64,000 bases of DNA, from positions 76,188 to 140,187 of the forward strand of contig JAUCBJ010008794.1 of assembly GCA_032718475.1 (NCBI GenBank). Direction: 5' to 3'. Under the pieces are notes generated by a model. The model was not told the origin of the DNA. It saw only the letters and a program-made list of their open reading frames with translations, and searched no databases. The DNA comes from Nemertoderma westbladi (Eukaryota > Animalia > Xenacoelomorpha). Each line of letters begins with the position of its first letter. Position 1 is the stretch's first letter. This document shows, piece by piece, positions 11,549-23,361 of this stretch. The translations under genes were made by a program, and so were the position numbers.

Positions 11549-14500
11549 TTACGTTGGGGAGTCCCTAGATGTTTGTTGGATTAGGGAGGTTGTCGTGGGA
11601 AGAGTATCTTGCCTTCCATAGTTTCTGGACAGTTCTCGGTCTCTTTCCAGTAAACATAAATGACCAACTGGGCGATTGAGTTGTTGTGTTTCGAATACAA
11701 TTCCAGGTTTCCTCTTCGTACGGGAATAGTGACGATAGAAACATCGCTTCAAATACACGACGGCCTTACAAAGCCGATTCCAGGATCTATAGTGGTCCAT
11801 CGCTCCCGGCAGGAGAGGTGAGAGTCCCGGCGAGGCGTCTGGTGTTCCAGATCTCCAGTCTCTCTCTCTGATCTCCACAACAGATCGGTTCGCAGTGGGG
11901 GAGTTTAGATCCACAGCGTCGTCCCTGGCAATGTGTAGTACAGACAGATCTATCACGGGTTTAAATAACCTTGATTTACTCGTCCGGGTTTTAGGTTTGA
12001 CTTTCTCCGCTCCATTGGCTTGTCTAATCTCAGCCGTGGTAAGATGGGGAGGCCATTCATCTTCTTTACTTAGGAAGTCGGGTCCACCTAACCAGTCTGG
12101 AGTATCTATCAGTTCTTGAGGAGTTGCTCCTCTGGAAGCGATGTCGGCTGGATTAATCGTCCCAAGGCAATGTCTCCATTGATCTACATTAGAGTTAATA
12201 TCGTCATTATCTGAGGAGTGTGGTGTTCCCTCAGTTGTGGTTGTCTCTCCCTCACTGATGTCTTCTTCCCGTTCACTCACCTGATGGCCCTGATCTTTGG
12301 GTAGCCTTTCCATGAGTGTCCTAAGGGAAGGTCCAGTAAAGTACCAACCTACTCTAGTTCTTCCCGCATAGGTTTGCAGTGGTTGCGGTTGAGCAGGCCG
12401 TTTCTCTAATGTCTCAAGCGCCTCATGCGCATTTTGGCCGATGAGTATCTGTACCCCTGGGTAGTCGGTGTTGAATCTAGGTATCTCATGCTGCTGGGTG
12501 AAATCGTCTTCATCCCAGTTATAAGGTTCCACTTGGCTGGTAGCGAAGTTCTTTATCGCCACCATTTTTACTGACCTTATACTGTGTTCTCCTAGTTCAT
12601 CCTGGGGGGTGGACAACGCGCCTACATAGTAGTCTGTAGCTACTGTAGATTTCCAAACCTGCATAATTCCTGAAAGATTCAACTTAGTTCGGAACTTGGG
12701 TTGTCCAGCAAAGATGTCTTCGGCTAGTTCTTTGTCGATGAATGTTCCTGTGCTGCCGGAGTCAAGGAGGGCGTTCACTATATAGCTCTTTTTTAACCCG
12801 TGGACTCTCAACTGCACTACGGGAAATTCCCGGATTCCTACGTTGGAAGTTGGCGCTTTCCAAAATGCTTGTCGGTCCGGAATAGTTAGGGGGAGCTCGC
12901 TATCGGTTTCAGTCTCATACGTAAGCGCTCGATACACCGCGGTGTTTGTCATATAACAGGATTCATTTTCGTCGGAGAATTCGTCTGTGTAGAATCCTTC
13001 CATCTCAGAGCTGTGGTCAGTATCGTTCACATCACTGAATTGGACATGTAGTTCGGGCTTACTTACCTGACTCGTGCGGGTTCTTTCAAATTCTGTGTGC
13101 AGCAAGATATGATGTTTCGCGCCGCACTTAGCACACCTAGCATCTGAGTAACAGGTCCGCCGTTGGTGTCCTTGTCTGAGACAATTATAACACAACCGCT
13201 TATCCCACATGACATCACGTCTATCCTTTAGGGATTTCTTTAAGAATTCATCACACCCACTCAAGCGATGGGGCCCGTCACACAATACACATTTGGGCTT
13301 GATGTTACTTACTTTAACCTGTGCTGTGTGGTGCACACTTGTTCTTTCCTCAGGCTTTCTTCCATGGATTTTCTTAGGAGACGTAGGAGTTTTTGTTACC
13401 TGTTCTCTCCTGTCACTGGTTCGAGACTTAAATTTACTTATGTCTTTAGGTGCTTTGTTGACATAGTAAGATCTTTCGGTGTCTTTCCCGCTGTTTTCCT
13501 CGTGGGAAGTTTGGCTTTTGTCATCGTCGGTATAACACACTGGTGTTACCTTTCGCCTAGAAACGGAATTTTCACTTACCTCACTTTCAGGAGTCTTCTC
13601 TCTAGACTGTTTTAGGAGTTGTAATCTTACCTCTCGGTTTAAGAATGACAGAAGGTCCATCATGGTTGGATCTCTATGTTGTTGGTGCATCAAATAGAGA
13701 ACCTTTTTGTCCCAGCGAGTACCTACTTCACCCTTTGGCAAAGCTGATGCTAAGGCTCCTACAACCATAGAATTCTGGTATTCATGAGACTTACCTAACC
13801 AATCTAGTTGTCTACAGATCTCCTGAATCTCATCGGAAAACTCTATAATCCCGCTGCTAAGGAACTTTCGGGGCGCTACTAATTTCGCATACAAATACCT
13901 AGCTATGTTTGTCCTATTACCATACCTGATGTTTAGTGTATCCCAAACTTGTCTTAATCCATCTGGATGTCCAATAAACTTTAACGCCATTAATTGGGAG
14001 GTCCTTCCAAACACTCGATGAGGAATCTAAGTTTCTCTCCATTAGATAGTACAGAGTTCTGTATGTTATCTTTGTAATATTCATTAAAAGGTAACCATTT
14101 CATCTCATCTCCATTGAACTTGACGATCTCTCCCACCTTTACCGCTTACGGGCTTCGGTTCTAGCCATTTGACGCGTAAAACTTTCTTGGGCCATCGTAT
14201 TATTTAATATCGAGTTATCGGTATATAAATTTCTAGGATTATGATCAGGTCTATATGGAATATCATTGTCAACAGGTTTATAATTACCCTTAATAGGGTT
14301 TACTATAGGAGTTTCTACTTCACTAGCAGTATAGATGCGTGTAGGCTCCACACCTTGCGCATGAAATACTTCAGACCTAACAGGTTGACACATTGTTACA
14401 GAGGGTGGTGGTATACTCCTTTGTATATTTACTAATTTATTGCATTCTAACGCGATACTCTGCTGCACTTCTTGCAACTCTAACCTACTTTCCCTTACTG

Positions 14501-15542
14501 TTCCCTTGAACTGTTGAACAGTCTCCTGCATCCGCCCGAGCAGGAGATCCATCCCCCGCCATCCCTCATCCACCCACTCGACCGCCGAAGCAGGAGCCGC
14601 CAACATAGTAGCGGGTAGACGAGGGACGACGGGCGACAAATCGTTGATGTCTTGCTCGGCGTCCAGGACTGGGGCGGATTCAGGGCCTATTCTACTGGGC
14701 ACAGGTAGTTTAGTACTGTGCAAAGGGAATTTAGAGTTAGGTTTTGGAAGTACAGGGGTCTCTATCACAGAGGGAGTGGCTTTGAGAACAGGCCTAATTA
14801 TTTCAGGCTCATCTACTATAGTAGGGAGTCTTTCTTCCCTAATAATTTGGTCTGTAGGCGCAGGATTACTCAAATCTACACTAGCTAGTTGCCTTCTCAC
14901 GGCTGGAGGCAAATCAGGCAATTTCTGCCGGTGCAGGGCCCTTCTACGTCTGCTGGAACGAGATTTATTTCCTCTACCTTCAGGATCTGTTGTATCGCCT
15001 TCATCAGAGGATGTAAATCCCTGTCTCTTGGGAGTAGATCGACTTATCAGCTGCATCTGACTAGCTGTTAACTGTTTATTCATGTAGTCTTGCTTCTCTT
15101 GAAGATTTTCCAACTCTAGTTGGGTTGTCTCTTCAGATGCCTTCCGTTCTGCTTCTACCACTGCCTCCGCCGCAGTTCTTTCGGCTTCTGCCGCTGCCGA
15201 TTTTCTTTCTGCCTCTGCCACTGCCGCTTTTCTTTCTGCCTCTGCCGCTGCCGCTTTTCTTTCTGCCTCTGCCACAGCAGCTTTTCTTTCTGCCTCTGCC
15301 GCTGCCGCTTTTCTTTCTGCCTCTGCCACTGCAGCTTTTCTTTTCACTTCTGCCGCTGCTGCTGTTGCTGCCTTTCTGTCTTCTATTTGTTTTTTCTTTA
15401 ATTGTTCTTCCTGTTCCCTAACGATGCGGATTCTTTCATCAAATTTAGCTCGATCCGCTTCTAACCTTTCCGCATCTATTGCGTCCAACACAAACTTGGC
15501 TCCTTCACTATTAGGACGAAGTCCAGCCATCCGTCTCCTCAA
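11549..15542 (-). mobile_element. BEL/Pao Gag-protease polyprotein with RT and integrase core deleted; two frameshifts near 14000-14140
   Basis: Gag-like KFNGDEMKWLPF..LSNGEKLRFL (bridging frame); BEL knuckles CYNCLRQGHQRRTC..CAKCGAKHHILLH; protease ALLDSGSTGTFI; RNase H end WRHCLGTINPADIASRG..WLGGPDFL; integrase C-end RPVGHLCLLE. No YxDD or DDE core. Confidence 0.9.
15150..15345 (-). repeat. In-frame 27-bp repeat encoding (AAxAEAERK)n in Gag
   Basis: About 7 units in ORF 14139-15542, coiled-coil-like. Confidence 0.9.
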
Positions 15543-15742
15543 CTCTTCGTCACCTAGAAATCGTTGATAGACCGACAGATATATGTCAATAGCGTCTTTC
15601 TTCTGAGGTTTCTCTGCTGTCGCTTCGCTTCGCTTTCCACTTGAGAAAAGGTAGTGTCTGTTGATTCTCCATGGGTTGAGCGCTCAGCCAGCTGAAATTT
15701 CCACTGGGCCATTCCTTGAACTTTGAGACCCACCCGCTGGAA

Positions 15743-16585
15743 TCAAGTCTTTACGGCAACTTGCAACGACGTGTCTTGGCTTCTTTTCGAAGCTTCCTCA
15801 AAGGCCGATAGGATTAGTCTGATTCTTAGAATTCTTTCTCGAACTTGATAAAGCAGCTCTCCCTGCTCTTGAGGTCCTTGGGGTTGTTGAAACAGTTGTT
15901 CCTCTAATCGCTCCAGAGAGCTGAAGAATCCCTGTACATATCCTGCTGCTGACCTCTTCCACACAGCTGGATCTCTAGTGTCCCTTACCACTCCCATCCT
16001 GTATAAGTCCTCCCAGGCAGCTTCCGATAAGTTAAACGGGAGTCCGGGTCCGGGGAAATTCCATTGCGTCTCGACAATAGACTTCAGTTCCTCCTTCGTG
16101 TATCCCACATAACTGTCCTTGGTCGATCGCTTACTTCTCGCTCAATCCATTTGATGTTCCTCCACCGCAATCAATACTCTAGTGAGTACGGCTTCAGGAA
16201 GAATGAGAAGTGGATCCGAATAAACCGCTTCTGCCATCTTTGCTCCGCGCTCGGTTGTCAACTCTACAGTATCTGAACTACTGGAGCTATCGGGCCGCTG
16301 AGAAATAAGTTCTCGGCTCGGGTGTTGCTGTTGTTTAACAGCTGCCTCTTGGTCCCGCTTGACTTGAGACCTAGTGCCTATGATAGACCTATGGTGCTCT
16401 ACTAGCCTAGGGTATGACACTACTACTGTAGGGATGACCTTGCTTACAGTAGGAGGGGACTTGGACTTTGGTCTCAGACGTTCTATACTCTTAGCTGAGT
16501 CCCAGATCTTTTTAAGACCCTGTCTAACACTCATTCTAGCACTTTCTAAGAGACTATCTGACAGTGTTTGTTTTGTGTCAGACAT
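15743..16585 (-). pseudogene. ORF upstream of BEL gag (~280 aa, one internal stop), unknown function
   Basis: ORFs 16142-16585 and 15743-16108 share a frame, 33 bp apart. ATG start; same strand as gag. Confidence 0.5.
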
Positions 16586-16689
16586 GTTTGATTGTACAGT
16601 TGAATGTCTACTACTATAACTACAGTTAAAGTAAGTGTTATTAAATTGTAAATTTAATAATTAATTAATTAATAATTGTAAACAGTAAA

Positions 16690-19600
16690 TTGTTGTTTTA
16701 TTTCTGTTGTGGTTCGAATGGGTGGTTGAATGTCGTCTATTTTGTGCCAGACTACAGCTGCAAAATATGGAATGCACTAGCTTGTGGAATTAACATGCAT
16801 ATTTCCTTTTACCTCTTATTTTTCTCGTTTTGGTTAATTTTATATTTTTGTGTGTTTCACTATTCGCCTATGCAGCTCTCCATCGCATTACTATTTCAAA
16901 TTTTATTTTCTACACTGTATCCATTTATAAATAATGGGTATTGATATTGGTCAATGGCGAGCTGCAATAGGTAATTTTCACAGAAACCTTTGTAGAATAT
17001 CTATGCCCAATGTTTTTGCATCGACTTTCATTGGATTTTTTTTAATGTTCAACCAATTAATCATTTTACTTTTTGCTATTGTAATTTTTTTGCTTGTTGC
17101 TGGTGATGTTCACCCCAACCCAGGGCCATCGCCAATCCGTTTTATGCAAACGAACATCCGATCGTTAGTTGCAAATTGGGACTTTCTACCTAATAGGCTA
17201 TATATGGACTTTGATATTATCGCTGTAGTTGAAACTTGGTTTATGGCCAAACATAAATCTGAAATGTTTAGATTATCCAACTTCTGTGATCCTATTAGAC
17301 GAGACCGAAACTCACTTGGGGGAGGCCTCGCCTTATATATATCAAATTCCATTACTTATAAGCGCGATTTATTAATTGAATGCATTGCACCTAATTATGA
17401 ATCATTATGGCTATCCTGTAAATCAGCAAACAAAAAATTTATTATTGGGCTTTTTTATAGACCCGATCATACCGATACCATGTTTTGGGAGTCAGTAAAT
17501 GATATGGTAAATGAGGCTAAGGGAATGGGCTTCCATGAAATTATTTTACTAGGTGATTTTAACCAAGATCTACTAACTGTGGAAAAGAGTCGTAATTTAT
17601 GTAATTTTATTTCCCGCCAAGGTTTTCTTCAATGGGTGAGCGAGCCAACACGCATTACTCCAACATCTTCATCTCTCCTTCTGCCTGTAATTACCTCCTT
17701 ACCGAATGTCGTATCTGGAGTTCACGTTCTGTCACCTATAGGTAGCAGTGACCATTCTGTTGTCTGTTTTAAATATAATTTTCCCATTAACCATGAACCA
17801 GCATTCTCTAGGAGGATCTGGTTATATAAACATGCAAATTTAAATTTATTTCGCCAACTTTTAATTGCCGCCAATTGGGACAACATATATAATGACTTCC
17901 ATACTGTGGACGAGGTCGTATCGGCTTGGGTTTCAACATTTATGTCCTGCGCCAATACTGCAATACCGAACAAGGTTATAACTGTCAGGCCTAACGATAA
18001 ACCCTGGTACACAACGTATTTATGTAAGCTATGTCGCAAAAAGAGCGTCTCCACAAACTGGCCAAAAATAATAATAATTCTAGCTCTTGGTTAGCCTTTT
18101 GCTCAATACGTAACCGTTACATATCGGATTGTCGCACTGCAAAGAAAAATTATTTTAGAACACTTTCAAATAAACTATCAAATTGCTCTGTTTCTAGCAA
18201 ACAGTGGTGGTCTATTTGTAAATCCCTTATAGGCACCGAGCACCATCGTGATATCCCAGTCGTCTCATATAACAATGTTACAGCTGTGACGTTACTTGAA
18301 AAGGCAGAACTTTTTAACTAATTTTTTTGTGATCAATATATACTAGATGACTCATCATTCGTACTACCAGCCAATGCAGTACCGCAGCCTACTTTAACTA
18401 CTGTAAATTTTAACCAGGATAGTATTCTGTGCGACCTGAAACTTATTGACTCGGATGGGGCTACTTGTCCCATTGATGATGTATCTAATAAAATGCTCAA
18501 AGCCGGCCTACCCGTTGTTATTCACGAAACAGTCCGTTTGTTTCAATATATTTTTGACAATGCTACACATCCTAAAGCCTGGAAGTCTCGTTTTGTTTTT
18601 CCCTTACCTAAAACTGATATTTTGTTTTTTTGTGCCCATTTCAGGCCTATCGCACTGACGAGTAATTTGGGTAAACTTTTCGAGCGATCGGTACATAGTG
18701 TTCTTTACAACTATATCATTAATTTCTTATCCAAATTTCAGTCTGGTTTCAAAAAGGGTGATGGGACTATTTACCAGCTGATATCTTTATACGATGCACT
18801 AGCCAAGGCACTCGATTCTGGGAAAGAAGTTCGCATTGTTTTTCTCGATATAAGCAAAGCGTTCGACAAGGTACATCATAAAGGTTTACTCTACAAATTG
18901 GCTAATATGGGCGTGGGGGGAAATTTTCTTTCATGGATATCTAGTTATCTTGCTGACAATTTTCAGTGTGTCGTTGTTAACGGGGCCACTTCATCGTGGC
19001 TTGCCGTCCTAGCAGGTGTTCCGCAAGGTTCGGTTCTAGGGCCGCTCCTCTTTCTTGTGTATATCAATGATATAGTCGATATTGTTAACAACAACATTAG
19101 TTTGTACGCTGACGATACTGCCTTATATGTTGAAGTAAATAGCCGCAACTCCATGTCTTCATCTGAGTCACTTAATCGGGATCTCAATTCCATCTCTCAA
19201 TGGGGTGCAACTTGGCTTGTTACTTTTAATGCATCCAAGACTGAGTCTATGGTTCTTTCACATCGGAAAACCAGGGACTCCGGTCACACTGTGTTGTCCT
19301 TAAATAATATCCCCATTGTTGAGGTTAATGAGCATAAACACCTCGGCTGTATACTGACACCAGACTTAAAGTGGCATTTGTAGATTAATTCCATGATTAG
19401 TCGTGCAAGTAGGAAATTGAACATGTTGCGCTCGGTAAAATATATTGTCAACAGGAAAGCTCTTAATAATATTTATGTTTCATTTATTAGATCTACCTTA
19501 GAATACGCTAGTCCAGTCTGGGATAACTGTTCAGAGGAATTAAAAAACTCCCTGGAACTACTGAACAAGGAAGCGATTAGACTAATCTGCAAATTAACAG

Positions 19601-21034
19601 TATCTTGTTCTTCCTCTAATTTATATGCTGAGTCTGGGCTATGTACTCTGCAAGAGCGCCGAAACTTTCCGAAACTTGTAATTATGTATAAAATGATGAA
19701 CGGGTCCGCCCCTGGTCACTTAAGGGCCACTCTCCCTTCAACTTTTAGCAGTATTAGCCAACGGGCCACTCGCAATTCGGCAGACTTGCGTCCTCCTTTT
19801 GCTCGGACCAATTTCTATAAAAATGCGTTCTTACCATCATCAGTAAGGCTATGGAACACATTGCCCATTGAGATCCGTAATTCTGAAACCCTCCAATCCT
19901 TCAAAACTAACATATACCCCTTTGTATGCAATGTCCACTATGTTCCACCATATTACTTAATGGGTTCGCCTAGAATAAACAGTTTGTTATCCCGCCTGCG
20001 GTGCAATTGTTCATCTTTAAATTTCGACCTATTTTCAAACTTCATCAAACCATATAAAAGTTGCCAGTGTGGTCACGTTAAAGAGGATGCATTCCATTAC
20101 TTCTTTGAATGTCCTTTGTACCATAACTTCCACCTCATTATGCAAGCCAATATTGTTTCTCTTGGTTTCCGTCCCTCATTGTTTCTATTATTGCAAGGCC
20201 CCCAAAATAAGAATGATCTGAACGGGGCCGAATCAATAATTTATGCAATCACTGATTTCGTAGAGAAGACAGGAAGATTTAACCATTTGGGGTACTAAAA
20301 TAACAATAATAATAATAATAAGCATAATAATTATAATATAAAGTGCCGTAATTTGTTTTTATTTCATTTATAAATCTAAAAATAAATAAAAGTACGTCCT
20401 GCTCCAGATTACGGACTGTTACCTGAAATTGTATGTTGTTGTTATATTTTTTAATTTATTTTCGTGGAGCCATAGAACGAGTTGGAGGCAACCTGGGTGA
20501 TTAAACAAATTTAACCTGTACAATATTACATTTCATGTTGCAACATGTAGCATTATTCATTGTACGAGCTATTTATTTAGTGCCTATTATACTCATTGCA
20601 ATACTTAACGCTAATTAATATTACACTAAGAAATTGTAATATTGTATTGTAATAATGTATTTTATATTGAATTATTTTGTAATTTGGTTTTGATTATATA
20701 TAATCGTCTTACTTTTGGGTGTAGTTCTATCTAACTCTAGTATGGATCGTTAGTGCATACCTCTGCAGCAGTCTGGGCGTGTATGTATGAATGTTGTGTA
20801 TGTTTGCGTATGAGTGGTGTGTGTACTGTTTGTATGTATGTGTTCAATGTTCGTATGATATGTGTGCTAGTTGTATGTCATATTTTTTTATTAAGAATAT
20901 CAATCTAAAATATATTGGTGCCGGTGCAATTTATATAGTTTATCGTTATGGATGAACGGGCTTAACATAAGCTTAGGCTTGTTGCCCAATCATCCTCACC
21001 AATTGAGGTAAATAAATGTTAAATGAAATTAAAA
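16690..21034 (+). mobile_element. CR1/L2-group LINE, near-complete ORF2 (16934-20298) with frameshifts and stops, plus 3' UTR
   Basis: MGIDIGQWRAAIG..GDVHPNPGP; APE ETW, GDFN, SDH; RT FLDISKAFDKV, GVPQGSVLGPLLFLVYIND, LYADD; C-terminal CQCG..H...C. The 3' end ataagcttaggcttgttgcccaatc..aaataaa..aaattaaaa looks like a LINE tail. Boundaries approximate. Confidence 0.9.
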
Positions 21035-23361
21035 CTCGATTAGTCCATTGGAATCTAGACGTATTATTCGAGGAGGAGAAAATCCAAAGATATGGAAATG
21101 TGGAGACGTATACCACTCGATATATGAAGTATAGTGATCTCCCTGACGCTAATCAATGCGCCACCTTGTGGCATCCGGTAGGGATGACCCTCGAGAACGC
21201 CACCAAAGAGTGGAATGAAACTCTTAATATCATTGAGATGTATGGCGTTGTTACTTATGATAACGAAGGTAGCGTTCCAATCGGAGAGTTAGGAACTACG
21301 CGCATGATACATATACGCGGATTAGCTGGCTCCACTCACGTGTTTACGCGAGCGTGTTCCGACGTGATCGATTATTCCTTCGAAACTCTCACCGAAACGC
21401 AGAAGAATCTCCGACATGGACAATTCGAACTCGCGCAGCGTTACGTCATCGACACCGAACGCAAACCGGCCATGGGTATCGATGGATCGATGTTACCCCA
21501 ACCCGTTCTCGAGATGTTATTCAACGAAAGAATCGTTAAAATCGGCTCAGCTGTTTATGGAGATCTCCAAAACGACTTTCGGAATATGGAGAATATCCCC
21601 TATCCTTTCGTGGATACTCAGCTGATAGCGCCTTGGGCCGAAGGCCGAGGTTTCTTTCGCACCATGTATGCTAATGTGTCTAGCAACATTACAAAGGTGC
21701 AACGAACTTCCATCGGACATCTTGCCTTTCAGGAATACGGGTGGAATTTCAAGGTCGGAAATCCCATCAACTATCAACAAGTATACGGAGACCATTATTC
21801 TCGATTATACTTTGACGGACCATTAACCGCACCTGGCGCCGTGTATAGCTTTATGAGTGTTCCACTCCGACCCTCCTTAGCTATCTACACGATCTTCGAA
21901 AACACCGCACTTTCCGGTTGGCTAGCCGATGTGTGCAGTCGTACTATACGCGCCCATCCATTAATCCTTGGGACCAAACTCGCTAAGCTAGATGAACATA
22001 ATAAATTCATCCGCTTTGAATGTTTCCGACGGTTTTTAACCCCGTTTCGCAACGTGGATAGCCAATTCAAAGACCGCGCTTTGACCAAGCTCAGCTTAAG
22101 AGACTCAGCTGCGGAGAAGTTGGATAGCGCTGGATTCGCTATTTTCCGAGACATTTGTGTGATAAACCTGCACTCCTCGGTTATCCAAAGACCTCGGATC
22201 CCCACCGGTTATTCTGTCGTGGAAATTCAGACGGTAGGTCCACTTGAGGAGACGGCCATACCTACCTCAACTATACAAGGGGAAGACGAACCCATATGTT
22301 TAGAATCGGAAGAGATTCAGCCCCCCACGGCTCGGAGTAGCGATAGTGACTATATATTGGAATGGTATCAAGGTCCACAGTGTCTTACTGCGTATGATTA
22401 TCGCCATGCCAATTATGTTTCTCGACAACGTTGTCGGCTGTGCGCATCGAGAGACCATATTACGTCTATGGACACCAACGATCTTTGTTCCTATTTCCAC
22501 GAGCAACCGTCGATGGAAATCTATTGTGCATATTGTCGGCTTAATAATTTGCACATTTTTGCCGTCTGCCCCCAATTTATGACTCAATGCCATCATTGTC
22601 AACTAAAAGGACACGCCAGCTTTGATTGTCCCTTTAACCATGATTTAGAGAGCGTAGATGAAATGATTGTACTACGTTATATCAGAGCTTGGGAAGCGAA
22701 CGCTGATTTACATTGTGACTCACGCCATCGCTATTATCCCGGACGCGCCTACGAAGGAGTTTATGCGTTCCATCCATATTTGTTTGCCTCCGTCGAGCAG
22801 AAATCGCGCCTATCAAGTTATGAACTATTGAAGCGCGTTGGAGAATGTATTTCAACCAAATATGTACGTAAATTTCTCAGGAGCATTAATCCGAGTGACA
22901 TCCAGTCTTACAACTTAATAAACTTTATCCGTCAGGACCCTGCCTATGGAGACTTATTCGTCAACTCACACCCTGAGTTACAAGAAGTATATCGACGGCC
23001 TTACGAGTATCGAGCCCGCGAACGCGAGTTAGAAAGAACCATTAAACCAAGGAAGTTTCTAACTGCCTATGGTCCACCCACGGCCCTCGTTCAGACCACT
23101 CGTAAAGGACCCGTAAGAGCGGCTGTCTTGAAACGAGCTCTCAAAGCCGTTAGACCCCTCTCCCCGGACGTTGATGTCAATCAACCCGGTACTTCGACCG
23201 GTGGATATACCGATCGCAATCCCATACCTTCTGATGCAATCATATTGCACCCTTCACCCAGGAGTTATAGCCCTCCTAGTAAAGTGGCTCGCCCCAAAGA
23301 GAAAAGGACTCTTGCTAGCTTCAAAAAACTGCGTAAACGCCGTCCGCGCAAGAAAGACTAA
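21016..23361 (+). CDS. Cargo ORF B: DnaQ/WRN-type (DEDDy-like) 3'-5' exonuclease domain, Cys/His zinc knuckles and basic tail; probably 5'-truncated
   Basis: 781 open codons. ExoI-like VTYDNEG; LPQPVLEMLFNERIVKIGSAVYGD; FVDTQLIA; SIGHLAFQEYG; knuckles CRLC..H..C, CAYC..H...C, CHHCQLKGHASFDC; tail KKLRKRRPRKKD. Confidence 0.7.
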   Translation: MLNEIKTRLVHWNLDVLFEEEKIQRYGNVETYTTRYMKYSDLPDANQCATLWHPVGMTLENATKEWNETLNIIEMYGVVTYDNEGSVPIGELGTTRMIHIRGLAGSTHVFTRACSDVIDYSFETLTETQKNLRHGQFELAQRYVIDTERKPAMGIDGSMLPQPVLEMLFNERIVKIGSAVYGDLQNDFRNMENIPYPFVDTQLIAPWAEGRGFFRTMYANVSSNITKVQRTSIGHLAFQEYGWNFKVGNPINYQQVYGDHYSRLYFDGPLTAPGAVYSFMSVPLRPSLAIYTIFENTALSGWLADVCSRTIRAHPLILGTKLAKLDEHNKFIRFECFRRFLTPFRNVDSQFKDRALTKLSLRDSAAEKLDSAGFAIFRDICVINLHSSVIQRPRIPTGYSVVEIQTVGPLEETAIPTSTIQGEDEPICLESEEIQPPTARSSDSDYILEWYQGPQCLTAYDYRHANYVSRQRCRLCASRDHITSMDTNDLCSYFHEQPSMEIYCAYCRLNNLHIFAVCPQFMTQCHHCQLKGHASFDCPFNHDLESVDEMIVLRYIRAWEANADLHCDSRHRYYPGRAYEGVYAFHPYLFASVEQKSRLSSYELLKRVGECISTKYVRKFLRSINPSDIQSYNLINFIRQDPAYGDLFVNSHPELQEVYRRPYEYRARERELERTIKPRKFLTAYGPPTALVQTTRKGPVRAAVLKRALKAVRPLSPDVDVNQPGTSTGGYTDRNPIPSDAIILHPSPRSYSPPSKVARPKEKRTLASFKKLRKRRPRKKD

